Source: Methanotrichaceae archaeon (GTDB taxonomy: Archaea; Halobacteriota; Methanosarcinia; Methanotrichales; Methanotrichaceae). Taken from it: 64,000 nucleotides of DNA. The notes under the pieces were generated by a model. It saw nothing but the letters and a program-made list of their open reading frames with translations, had not been told where the DNA came from and did no database searches. Shown one piece after another: positions 52,763-62,432 of the stretch (position 1 is the first letter of the stretch; each line of letters starts with the position of its first letter). The position numbers were made by a program, and so were the translations under genes. Location: NCBI GenBank assembly GCA_963813075.1, contig CAWEXU010000004.1:256001-320000 (forward strand). Reading direction: 5' to 3'.

Positions 52763-54187
52763 GTACGTGTTTAGCTCCCCCTTACTTTTTAAAATTTAGC
52801 CACCAAGCAGAAATAAATTAGACCGGAAAAATTAAGTAATATTATGGTAATATTCTTTTATTGATAATATGGACGAATCCGAGATTATCCGGCAACTTCG
52901 AGAGCAAAATGAGCTATTAAGGCTTGAGAATGAAATGCTCAAGGCCAGGATACGTGAGCTAGAAGCCCGATTAGCTAAATATGAGAATGCCCATACTCCG
53001 CCAAGCCTTCGACGTGGCCGCAATCTCAAAAGGGATAAGAACAACAAGGGAAAGCCCGGCCAAAAAGCCGGGCATAAGGGTGTAACCAGACCCTCAGCTA
53101 TCCCGGATAGCCAAGTTGAGGTTACAGCCGATCGATGTCCGGATTGCGGAGCAAAGCTTGCCCTTCCTTTTCGATTTGAGTCTAAGATTATCGAGGAAAT
53201 TCCCGAACCACAGCCTGTCACAGTCACTGAATACAAAATAGCCCATTACGTTTGTCCATGTTGTCGGAAAGAAGTGGTTGCATGCGATCCAAATTGCCCA
53301 CATGAAGGCAAATTCGGAAATAACGTTATTGCGCAGGCGACGCTGATGAGATACGAGGATAGGTTGCCTCACAGAAAGATTCAGGATGCTCTGAAGAGAA
53401 TGCATGGCCTGTTATTAAGCCCTGCCACGATATTTGATCTGACTCGTCGCGCTGGCGAAGCAGTTAGGCCGGAATACGATGCCATCTTGGAAAGGATTCG
53501 TGGTGCTCCGATTCTTTACGTAGATGAGACGGGGATTCATGTTCAGGGAGAAAAGCACTGGATCTGGACGTTTACTACTCCGTTTGAGACCTTTTTTGTC
53601 ATTCGAAAGAGTCGAGGAACGAATGTCCTGATAGAAGTCCTGACGCGGAAGTTCAAGGGTATAATTGTATGTGACGGATGGAAACCGTATACTAGATTCA
53701 CAAAAAGGTTGCAGCGATGTTGGGCGCATCTGCTTCGAGAATCAAAAGATCTTTCTGAGAAGTTTGATGAAGCAGTTCCTTTGCATGAAGCACTCAAAGA
53801 GCTATATGAATCGCTGACCAAGTCTCTAGAATGCGATCCTCCGCCAGAAGTGAGAATAAATATCTGGCAATCGGCGCGAGAAGTGCTACAGCATTGGATC
53901 GACAGAGAGTACTTGGAAGTGAAGGTCCAGAAATTCATCGGCAAAATCAGCAATGGCTTTGACTACTGGTTCACGTTCATTCTCAATCCTGGCGTGGAGC
54001 CGACCAATAATAGGGCAGAGAGAGCTTTGCGGCCACATGTTGTGCTAAGAAAAATCTTGGGAACTTTGAGAAATAGCAAGGGAACTGCTATTCATGAGCT
54101 AATCATGACGGCGCTGGCAACATGGGGACAGAGAGGATTGGATTGTCTCCAAATGCTAACCATAAGACTGGCCAGCTAAACACGTAC
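52763..54187 (+). mobile_element. Intact single-ORF IS66-family element (ISBst12-like)
   Basis: TIRs GTACGTGTTTAGCT / AGCTAAACACGTAC; no TSD visible. Confidence 0.93.
52869..54179 (+). CDS. IS66 transposase
   Basis: Coiled coil, CPDCG/CPCC, VDETG, VCDG, QRCWAHLLRE, PTNNRAERALR. Confidence 0.95.
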   Translation: MDESEIIRQLREQNELLRLENEMLKARIRELEARLAKYENAHTPPSLRRGRNLKRDKNNKGKPGQKAGHKGVTRPSAIPDSQVEVTADRCPDCGAKLALPFRFESKIIEEIPEPQPVTVTEYKIAHYVCPCCRKEVVACDPNCPHEGKFGNNVIAQATLMRYEDRLPHRKIQDALKRMHGLLLSPATIFDLTRRAGEAVRPEYDAILERIRGAPILYVDETGIHVQGEKHWIWTFTTPFETFFVIRKSRGTNVLIEVLTRKFKGIIVCDGWKPYTRFTKRLQRCWAHLLRESKDLSEKFDEAVPLHEALKELYESLTKSLECDPPPEVRINIWQSAREVLQHWIDREYLEVKVQKFIGKISNGFDYWFTFILNPGVEPTNNRAERALRPHVVLRKILGTLRNSKGTAIHELIMTALATWGQRGLDCLQMLTIRLAS

Positions 54188-54208
54188 AAACCATTTGATT
54201 TAAGTAGA

Positions 54209-55048
54209 ATGAGCTTATTAAATGATGCAGGATATATCGATCAAACAGAGGTTCTAGCATTGAATGGAATTTGGAATACCGTCAAGAGGTCATTAGGATT
54301 GGCCGAAATATGTCATAGATTTCATCTTAATCCTCTTTATGTATTTTTATTAACAGTAATACTCTTAATGTCCATCGGGTTGCCTATTTCCCTAGGATAT
54401 TTGAAGATACCACTCCTTTTTTCAGTTTTTATCCGTGACGTTGGGTTAATATTATTAATACTAATGTTTTTAATCTATTTTCATAGGGATCCGGAAAGGG
54501 ATACAGTTACTAACAAAAACGCGATTTTATCTCCCGCAGATGGTGAAATTGTCTACATAAAAAAGATAAATAGAGGGGAAGTCCCTGTTTCGATAAAGGG
54601 AAAAAGCATAATTAAACTAGACCAGTTAACAAAATGTGGCGATTTTTTAGAAAGTAACGGGTATCTTATAGGTATCGGTATGAAGCTCTTTGACGTTCAT
54701 ATTAATCGATCTCCTATAGATGGTGTTGTAACGATGTCAAAACACAATCCAGGCAAATTCATAAGCATGACGAAAGGTGAATTTGAAATAATGAATGAGA
54801 GCCAAACAACAATACTAAAGCACAATAATGGCTACTCTATCGGTATTATCCAAATAGCAACTTTTTTAGTTAGAGGAATCGAAAGCTACTTGAATGAAGG
54901 AGATTCGATAAAACAAGGAGAACGCATAGGCAGAATTAAACTAGGATCTCAAGTAGATGTCGTCATACCTTTTACAGGGATAGATTTGAAGATCAAGCCC
55001 GGTGAGAGAGTTTATGCGGGCGAGACCCTTCTAGCAGAAATCACATAA
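54209..55048 (+). CDS. Phosphatidylserine/archaetidylserine decarboxylase family proenzyme
   Basis: FHRDPER, SPADG, DVHINRSPIDG, NE, IKLGSQVD autocleavage site; start uncertain. Confidence 0.88.
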   Translation: MSLLNDAGYIDQTEVLALNGIWNTVKRSLGLAEICHRFHLNPLYVFLLTVILLMSIGLPISLGYLKIPLLFSVFIRDVGLILLILMFLIYFHRDPERDTVTNKNAILSPADGEIVYIKKINRGEVPVSIKGKSIIKLDQLTKCGDFLESNGYLIGIGMKLFDVHINRSPIDGVVTMSKHNPGKFISMTKGEFEIMNESQTTILKHNNGYSIGIIQIATFLVRGIESYLNEGDSIKQGERIGRIKLGSQVDVVIPFTGIDLKIKPGERVYAGETLLAEIT

Positions 55049-55099
55049 AAAGGTGTTGAAAAAGTCGGGTCGTGGTTCAATTATCGGTCGTTATAGCCT

Positions 55100-55185
55100 C
55101 GATTCGTGGGAGAATCATGGCGCAGCTAGCAACATGGAGACAGCCTGCAAATGCTAACGGCGATGTTAGCCTGCTAAACACATGC
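55100..55185 (+). mobile_element. Short degraded IS66 right end
   Basis: ...GCAACATGG...CAAATGCTAAC...GCTAAACACATGC aligns to 54090-54187. Confidence 0.75.
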
Positions 55186-55232
55186 TACAACTTTAATAAA
55201 TAAGCCATATATCTATATTTTCGGTGATACTA

Positions 55233-56393
55233 ATGAAAGTTGCATATTTTGTTCCATACAACTGGGGTGGGATGATCCACTATACAGCAGGGCTGGCAAA
55301 CGCTGTTTCACAATATGCAGAAGTATTGGTTTTTGGAAGCAAAAGTATTCCGAAAAACTATTTTTCAGAAAAAATTGAAATAGTAAATGTATTTGGCGAT
55401 TTGGATGTCTCTGTATCCAATCTGAGAACTCTCCTTGCCGTTAAGAATTTGAGATCACTTTGCTCTTTTGGCAAGATTGGAATAATAGATAAATACCATC
55501 CTGATTTGATTCATTTTACCACTCCACTTGTTCCACCAATCCCTTTTTTTATATTATCAAATAGGCTAGATAGAAAATATCCTACGATATTTACAGCACA
55601 TACCATACATCAGGATGATAGATCTATTATAGAACTTATTAACAGGTTTGATTGCTGGATAATTAAGTTGATCCACAATAAGAAAATGATTGCCCACACT
55701 CAATGCGATAAGGATGAACTGGTGAGGACAAAGATATTTCCCGAAAAAGATATTGAGATAATTCCGCACGGTGCATACGATTTATTTAATAAATACAATC
55801 ATGATGCAAGTTCTCTTCTGAGTTCATTTAGTGAAAGATGCATCATTTTTTTTGGTTACATTAAAAAATATAAAGGATTGGAGTATCTGATTCGTGCTAC
55901 TCCATATATATATAAGGAGATTCCAGATATAAAAGTTATCATCGCAGGTGAAGGTGATTTCTCTGTATACAATGATATTATAAATGGATTTGATGAATCT
56001 ACTCGTAATATTTTTGAGATTCATAATAGGTTTTTGTCCGATTCTGATGTATCTTCGTTGTTTCAACGGTCATCTGTTGTCGTATTGCCGTATTCTCAAA
56101 TGACAGGTCAAAGTGGAGTAATAAGTATTGCTTTTTCCTTTGGCAAGCCTATTGTAGCATCGAACGTATGGGCTTTTCATGAATGCTTGGAAGATGGCAT
56201 TACCGGATACCTTGTGCCGCCAAAAAATCCGGAGGCTCTCGCTAAGGCCATCATAAAAATACTCATGGATGATGATTTAAGGGCTGCAATGGGTATCAAT
56301 GCATATAATAAATCCAAAGAATTGTCATGGGACAATATAGCAAAAAAACATATTAAGGTGTACGAAAATGTTTTGGCTGATTCGATCCCCTAA
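55233..56393 (+). CDS. GT4 glycosyltransferase
   Basis: IIPHG, FFGYIKKYKG, VLPYSQMTGQSG. Confidence 0.9.
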   Translation: MKVAYFVPYNWGGMIHYTAGLANAVSQYAEVLVFGSKSIPKNYFSEKIEIVNVFGDLDVSVSNLRTLLAVKNLRSLCSFGKIGIIDKYHPDLIHFTTPLVPPIPFFILSNRLDRKYPTIFTAHTIHQDDRSIIELINRFDCWIIKLIHNKKMIAHTQCDKDELVRTKIFPEKDIEIIPHGAYDLFNKYNHDASSLLSSFSERCIIFFGYIKKYKGLEYLIRATPYIYKEIPDIKVIIAGEGDFSVYNDIINGFDESTRNIFEIHNRFLSDSDVSSLFQRSSVVVLPYSQMTGQSGVISIAFSFGKPIVASNVWAFHECLEDGITGYLVPPKNPEALAKAIIKILMDDDLRAAMGINAYNKSKELSWDNIAKKHIKVYENVLADSIP

Positions 56394-56399
56394 GTCGCT

Positions 56400-57115
56400 G
56401 ACGTGAAATCAAACTGCGTGCGGCCACCCCACCCTAAAGGATGGGGTATGCTTCGGGCCGCACGCCCTCACGCCCGGTTTTATGGAATCCAGAAATCGTC
56501 AAGTCTTCGCTGCCCAGATCCACATGACTGAATCTCTGCTTTCGGTTGCCCCTGAGATATCCTCAATATAGTGCTTGATTGTATCCGCAGTCACATTTCC
56601 TACAGATCGAAAGAACTTGCCACTTGACCATAGGCTTCCACCCCAATAGCGTTTCTTCAATTCAGGATGAAGCTTGAACAACCTATTCGAGCTGCCTCCT
56701 TTCAAATATTGAACGACTTTTGATAGGGAAGTGCTTGGGTGGAATTCCAAGAACAAGTGAACATGATCTGCCACAATTTCTATAGCATGAATTTTATATC
56801 CTTGCTCCATGCAAATATCTTTGAGGATCAACTCGCAATCCTTTTTAACTCGCCTATCATAGAATATTTTGTATCGATACTTGGGCACCAACACGATGTG
56901 GTAGGTGATTTGACCATAGCCATGGCTGAAGCTGCGCAATTCCAAGCTTATCACATCCTAGCCATAGGTGGGTGGCACCACCTGTGGCTAAGGTGCCAAG
57001 TATAAACTCATCCTAAAAGAAGTGATGTTTAATCAATTTTGGTGAGCACAAAGAATGGGCGAGGGTTCACTTCATCCCCACCCTAAAGGATGGGGAATCC
57101 GTGACCCTCCGCACT
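56400..57115 (-). mobile_element. IS200/IS605-family element carrying tnpA only
   Basis: CCCACCCTAAAGGATGGGG hairpin near both ends (about 56428 and 57077); exact ends approximate. Confidence 0.85.
56480..56954 (-). CDS. tnpA: IS200-type HUH Y1 transposase (probable 1-nt frameshift near 56558)
   Basis: YHIVLVPKYR, DHVHLF, LKGGSS, LWS, catalytic Y in IKHYI. Confidence 0.9.
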
Positions 57116-57154
57116 CCCTATGTATTTAAAGATAAGAAAACGGAAGTACATGCT

Positions 57155-58303
57155 ATGAAGAAAATTCAAAATAAAAGATGCAATCTGGGTCTAATAACAT
57201 CTCCTTTCCTTCTGGCTGCAGGGGTAACTCCTGTTTCAAATCTTATCGACATATTGGCTTCATTTTCTGAGGAGCTGATAATTCTAACTGGAAATGCTGG
57301 GTGTGACATTCCATTGAGGAATGGTATTAATATTCATTTATTCACCCCGAAATGCAAAAATAATGGTCTCTTGAGATATTTAAAATTTATTTATGCTACT
57401 CTTTTGATTCAACTACAAATATTCAAATTGAGGAAAGATGTAGATGTGTGGTTCTTTTTCCTTGGTGAGACCGTTTTATCAATCCCAATGCTTACTGCTA
57501 GATTCCTAAAAAAAGATGTGATACTGGTATCCTCCGGTTCCATGAAAAATTACAAAGATCGCAGTCAAAAAGATATGAAAGCTTATATAATTAAGAGATT
57601 GATTGGATTCAATCTATATCTAGCAAATAGAGTAATACTCTATTCTGAAGACCTGATTGATTTGCAGGAATTTGGGAGATACAGGCAAAAATTAATAATT
57701 ACTTGTGAACATTTCATAAAATTTAATGAGTTTGGAATAGATAAACAAATTGCGGAGCGAAACAAAAAGGTGGGTTACATTGGTCGCTTAAGCGAGGAAA
57801 AGGGCATACTAAATTTTGTCAATGCATTATGTCCATTATTAGATAATAGCTCTGATCTTAAAGTCGTAATATGTGGAGACGGCGATTTAATGCCTGAAGT
57901 TGAAAATTATGTTCTTGATCATGACTTGAGCAGCAAGGTCGAATTATCAGGATGGGTTCCCCATTCTCAACTGAGAAATTATTTTAATGATTTAAAATTA
58001 TTAATAATACCCTCATTTACCGAAGGCTTACCGAATGTAATGCTAGAAGCCATGGCATGCGGAACACCTGTTTTAGCGACATCTGTTGGAGTCATATCTG
58101 ATATAATTACGCATAATGAAACTGGGTTTATTTTAGAAACCAATTCTCCAAATTGTATTGCAAAAACTGCTAGAAGCATATTAAACATAAACGATAAGGA
58201 GCTAGAAATAATAGTTCGAAATGCGAGAATACTCGTTGAAAGCGAGTATTCCTATGATGCTGCTGTAAAAAGATTTGAGAGAATACTGAATCGATCAAAT
58301 TAA
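57155..58303 (+). CDS. GT4 glycosyltransferase
   Basis: YIGRLSEEKG, PSFTEGLPNVMLEAMACG. Confidence 0.92.
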   Translation: MKKIQNKRCNLGLITSPFLLAAGVTPVSNLIDILASFSEELIILTGNAGCDIPLRNGINIHLFTPKCKNNGLLRYLKFIYATLLIQLQIFKLRKDVDVWFFFLGETVLSIPMLTARFLKKDVILVSSGSMKNYKDRSQKDMKAYIIKRLIGFNLYLANRVILYSEDLIDLQEFGRYRQKLIITCEHFIKFNEFGIDKQIAERNKKVGYIGRLSEEKGILNFVNALCPLLDNSSDLKVVICGDGDLMPEVENYVLDHDLSSKVELSGWVPHSQLRNYFNDLKLLIIPSFTEGLPNVMLEAMACGTPVLATSVGVISDIITHNETGFILETNSPNCIAKTARSILNINDKELEIIVRNARILVESEYSYDAAVKRFERILNRSN

Positions 58304-58377
58304 GAACATGCTCTATAGAGTTGCCTATTTGCCCAGAAATATAATTATAAATAGAGATTGTTAATATATTACTCAAT

Positions 58378-58800
58378 GTGGGAGAAATTATACAAAAGGA
58401 TCTTGTCACCCTTGACGTGGATAAGATCAACTTTGAAGACAAAGATTCTGTAAAGTCCATCACAATCACTCTGCTCAACGTAGTAGAACAATTGCTTCAA
58501 GAGAACTGGCAACTTCGAGCAGAAGTCCAGCAATTAAGAGATGAGAACGCCCGATTGAAAGGAGAAGGGCAAGCCGAAAATCGCACCAAACGTTCCACCA
58601 CTTGATCCAAAACTCCCATCCCCAGAGACATCCAAAAAGTGGTCGAAGGACGAAGAAGCCCAAGATCAAGATCGATCGAGTGGTCTTGTTAAAGATAAAT
58701 CCCGATACGTTGCCGCTAGATGTCGTTCACAAAGGGGTACAGCTCCATTATTATCCAAAACATAAGGCTGAAAACTGATAACGTTGAAATTTGGGTGTGA
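58378..58800 (+). pseudogene. N-terminal fragment of an IS66-like transposase
   Basis: LLNVVEQL..EN..LRAEVQQLRDENARLKGE coiled coil; shifted frames give KIKIDR, HKGY, IIQNI. Confidence 0.6.
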
Positions 58801-58823
58801 TCTGAAGGCATTTGCTGCTGAGC

Positions 58824-59314
58824 TTTATCGATAATATGGACGAATCCGACATAATCCGGCAACTTCGAGAGCAAAATGAGCTATTAAGGCATGAGAATGA
58901 AATGCTGAAGGCCAGGATCCGTGATCTAGAAGGTCGATTAGCTAAATATGAGAATGCCATTACTCCGCCAAGCCTTCGACGTGGCCGCAATCTCAAAAAG
59001 GATAAGAACAATAAGGGAAAGCCTGGCCAAAAGGTCGGGCATAAGGGTGTGACCAGATCGTTAGCTATTCCGGATAGTCAAGTTGAGGTTACAGCCGATC
59101 AATGTCCGGATTGCGGAGCAAAGCTTAACCCTCCGTTTCGATTTGAGTCTAAGGTTATCGAGGAAATTCCCAGACCCCAGCTGGTCATAGTCACTGAATA
59201 CAAAATAACCCATTACGTATGTCCATGCTGCCGAAAAGAAGTCGTTGCGTGCGATGAAAGTTGCCCGGATGAAGGCAAATTCGGAACTGCAAGACCAGCC
59301 AGCTAAACACACAC
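58824..59314 (+). mobile_element. Internally deleted copy of the IS66 element
   Basis: Matches 52857-53320, then jumps via GGAA microhomology to the right end CCAGCTAAACACACAC. Confidence 0.92.
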
Positions 59315-59371
59315 AAAATTTTTAATTCTATACAACTACCTTATGCAAGAAGATAATATGGACTTGAAATA

Positions 59372-60925
59372 TTGTCAAAAGATGCAGGCATTTCAAAGGA
59401 TTTTGCAGGTCAACTTCCCAGGAATCTTCTTTCTACTATCATTTATTTTTCAGCGAACATTGTCATAGCCATCCTCTTGATTCCCTACTTTGTTTCGAAC
59501 CTTGGAGTCGCAGCCTACGGGCTCATCCCGCTCGCGACCTCGATGACCGGATATGTGGCTGTCGTCGTCCAATCGCTGAACACGACACTCTCCAGGTTCC
59601 TCACGGTTGACCTCCAAAGGAAGGACTATGCTGCAGCGAACAGGACTTTCAACACAGCTCTCTTCGGGCTAACTGCTGTCATCCTCCTGATGGTTCCTGT
59701 CATTCTTGTGGTCGCCTATTTTATCCCTTCCATCTTTCACGTCCCTGCCGGGCAGGAGAGCGGTGCAATCATTCTTTTCCTTGGAGTCTGTGCCTCCTTC
59801 CTGGTCTGCTCGTGGGCAGGGAGCTTCACAGTCCAGCTATTTGCCTATAACCGTCTTGACCTCCAGAACCTCGTCAACCTCATAAACCTCCTCGTCCAGA
59901 CTGGGATGATCGTCCTCCTCTTCATGCTCTTCGGTCCCGACCTTGTCCTCATCGGGTGTGCATATTTGGCTGGGGCGGTTGTAGCATCATGGGCCTCGAT
60001 CACCCTTGCCCGGCGGGTCTGCCCCTATCTCAGCATCTCGATTCGCTCCTTTAGCCGCACCATGGTAAAAGACATCTGCGGGATGGGATGGTGGGTTGCA
60101 ATCAACCAGATCGGCGCCCTTCTTTTCCTGTCGATAGACCTCATAGCGGTCAATCTGCTTTTCGGAGCGACATCCGCAGGGAACTATTCGATTGCCCTCC
60201 AGTGGGGCTTTCTCCTCCGGGCAGTCGGAGGGCTGCTTTCAGGCCTCCTGACGCCTACGATTCTCTCTTGTTACGCTCATGAACAGACCGAATCCTTAAT
60301 ACAGGTGATGAAGAGCGCCGTCAAACTGATGGGGTTTGCAATGGCTCTTCCTATCGGTCTTGTATGCGGTTTTGCTCCGCAATTCCTCACTGTATGGGTC
60401 GGTTCAGAGTTCACCAAACTTGCTCCCCTTGTGGTTCTCCTGACTGCAAGTTTATCAGTAAATCTAGCAGTCTTGCCTCTATTCTCGATCAATGTGGCGT
60501 ATAATCGAGTGCGAGTGCCGGGCGTTGTTACGCTCGTGATGGGGGTATTGAATATTGCCCTTGCGGTTGCCCTGTCGCTCCTGACCGACTGGGGCTACTA
60601 TGGCGTTGCTGCTGCGGGTGCCATTATCCTCACAACAAAAAATGCATTCTTCACACCCTGGTATGCGACGAAGGTACTCGGGGTCGATATTCATACCTTC
60701 ATCCGGCCGATGCTTTCCGGGGTTGCAGCTACGATTCTCGTCGGCATCTCTGCAGTAACCCTTGAAGCCATCTTCCGGCTTTCTACCCCGGCCATGCTCG
60801 TAGTTGCCAACGTATCCCTTACCATCGTATACGTTGCAATGACGTGGTCATTCGGCCTCAGCGGGTTTGAGCGCGGGCTCTTCAAATCCTATCTTCCCTC
60901 AGAGCTCAGAAGAATCATCGCCTGA
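59372..60925 (+). CDS. Oligosaccharide flippase (Wzx/MOP family)
   Basis: About 14 TMs, LGVAAYG, glycan-locus context. Confidence 0.88.
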   Translation: MSKDAGISKDFAGQLPRNLLSTIIYFSANIVIAILLIPYFVSNLGVAAYGLIPLATSMTGYVAVVVQSLNTTLSRFLTVDLQRKDYAAANRTFNTALFGLTAVILLMVPVILVVAYFIPSIFHVPAGQESGAIILFLGVCASFLVCSWAGSFTVQLFAYNRLDLQNLVNLINLLVQTGMIVLLFMLFGPDLVLIGCAYLAGAVVASWASITLARRVCPYLSISIRSFSRTMVKDICGMGWWVAINQIGALLFLSIDLIAVNLLFGATSAGNYSIALQWGFLLRAVGGLLSGLLTPTILSCYAHEQTESLIQVMKSAVKLMGFAMALPIGLVCGFAPQFLTVWVGSEFTKLAPLVVLLTASLSVNLAVLPLFSINVAYNRVRVPGVVTLVMGVLNIALAVALSLLTDWGYYGVAAAGAIILTTKNAFFTPWYATKVLGVDIHTFIRPMLSGVAATILVGISAVTLEAIFRLSTPAMLVVANVSLTIVYVAMTWSFGLSGFERGLFKSYLPSELRRIIA

Positions 60926-60977
60926 AAGCATCTGCAATTGCAGACGTCTTCCGGTATGACCTCTGCATCAGCTAGCG

Positions 60978-62235
60978 TAGTGTAGCAGTTCCTAATTAAC
61001 ATATCAATACCCCGTCGTCCTTATCGACAACAATCCCTCCCGCCATTTTATCCATTTTGTACTTCCATTTAAATATTGTTGGAGTTTCATTCATGTCGTC
61101 TATGTATTGACTCATGCGATCCTTCAACTCTTTTTTGGATGATACACGAATCCCCCTCAGCATGCTTCGAGTCATTTTGCTGAATAGGCTCTCGATTATA
61201 TTTAGCCATGAGGCATGTTTTGGTGTAAAGACAAAATGAAAGCGTTGCGGAACTGTTTTGAGATAGCTCTTAGTTTCCTTTGAGGTATGTACACTAACAT
61301 TGTCGAGAATAATAATTATTTTTATATCTTTTGGATAGGCTGAATCGACACATTTTAAGAATTCAACGAACTCCTTACTTCTATGCCTATCGAATATCCT
61401 ATAATGAACTGTGCCTGTCAAAAGATCAATTCCTGCGAGCAGAGATACTGTGCCATGCCTTATATATTCATAATCGCGGGAAAGCGTGGCATATTTGCCT
61501 AATGCAGGCATTAAATCCAAATATTTATTTTCAATAGCTTGGATTCCCGGCTTCTCATCATATGAAATGATAACCATATCGAGCGGCTTATTTTCTTTAG
61601 ACATCTGTTGGAGCAATTCCACCTGCTTATAGGTATGTAGTACAACAACGCTTTTTGACTCAAATTCGGGATCGATTGGAGCAAGGTATGACGAAATTTT
61701 ATGGGGCTTAACGTTGCTCGCGCCAAGTATTTTAGAGACTGTGCCACGAGATAACTTTGATAATTCTGGAAAACCATTATCCAAACAATGATTCCTGATA
61801 TGTTCTGCTAATAAACGTTGTGTCCATAATTCGTATGGATATCCGTGGTCCAATGGTTTTGAGCAAGCAAGAGACAGAATCCATGTTCTTGCGCCTGATG
61901 ATATTTTTCGCGGTCTGCCGCTTCTTGGTAGATCTTCCAATGCGGCATAAATTCCATAAGCAAAGGCCTTGTCAATCGTACGCTCAACTTTGGGCCTATT
62001 GGTGCCTAAGTCTCGCGCAATTTGCGAAATTGATTTGCGCTCATAGTATTCAAGAAGGATCTTAGCACGCTCAACTGCACTTTCCGGTAGCGTTCTTGAC
62101 TTACTAGCTCTATTAACGTACTCAAGATCTTCTTCAGTTAACTGCAAAGCAGGGCGAGCACTCACAAATGGCATGATATCAGATTGGGGTCCTGGTATTA
62201 AAATATTGCTATGTTATTTTGGAAGCTAAGCAGTA
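60978..62235 (-). mobile_element. IS630-family element
   Basis: TA at both ends; imperfect TIRs (..TTCCTAATTAAC / ..TTCCAAAATAAC). Confidence 0.85.
60996..62174 (-). CDS. IS630 transposase
   Basis: RSGRP, SYDEKPGIQA, EYIRHGT, ILDNVSVH, TPKHASWLNIIE. Confidence 0.95.
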   Translation of the reverse strand: MPFVSARPALQLTEEDLEYVNRASKSRTLPESAVERAKILLEYYERKSISQIARDLGTNRPKVERTIDKAFAYGIYAALEDLPRSGRPRKISSGARTWILSLACSKPLDHGYPYELWTQRLLAEHIRNHCLDNGFPELSKLSRGTVSKILGASNVKPHKISSYLAPIDPEFESKSVVVLHTYKQVELLQQMSKENKPLDMVIISYDEKPGIQAIENKYLDLMPALGKYATLSRDYEYIRHGTVSLLAGIDLLTGTVHYRIFDRHRSKEFVEFLKCVDSAYPKDIKIIIILDNVSVHTSKETKSYLKTVPQRFHFVFTPKHASWLNIIESLFSKMTRSMLRGIRVSSKKELKDRMSQYIDDMNETPTIFKWKYKMDKMAGGIVVDKDDGVLIC

Positions 62236-62432
62236 GTGGTCTATGAGTCTCCCTCTTGTCAGCAGGAAGCACTTGGGAAAGTATAGGTATTGCGATCTAA
62301 CTACTTTTAGTGGCTATCTTAATGGAAATGTCGCCGAATAAGTCATATTTGTATCTTCCATCGCCAATCCAGAGAGGCTTCCTTCAATCGATCAATATAT
62401 ATATGAATACGCGTATTTTGAGATTTGAGAAT

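Noticed and set aside
54122..54208. Longer PSD start inside IS66
   Set aside because: This sequence belongs to the IS right end
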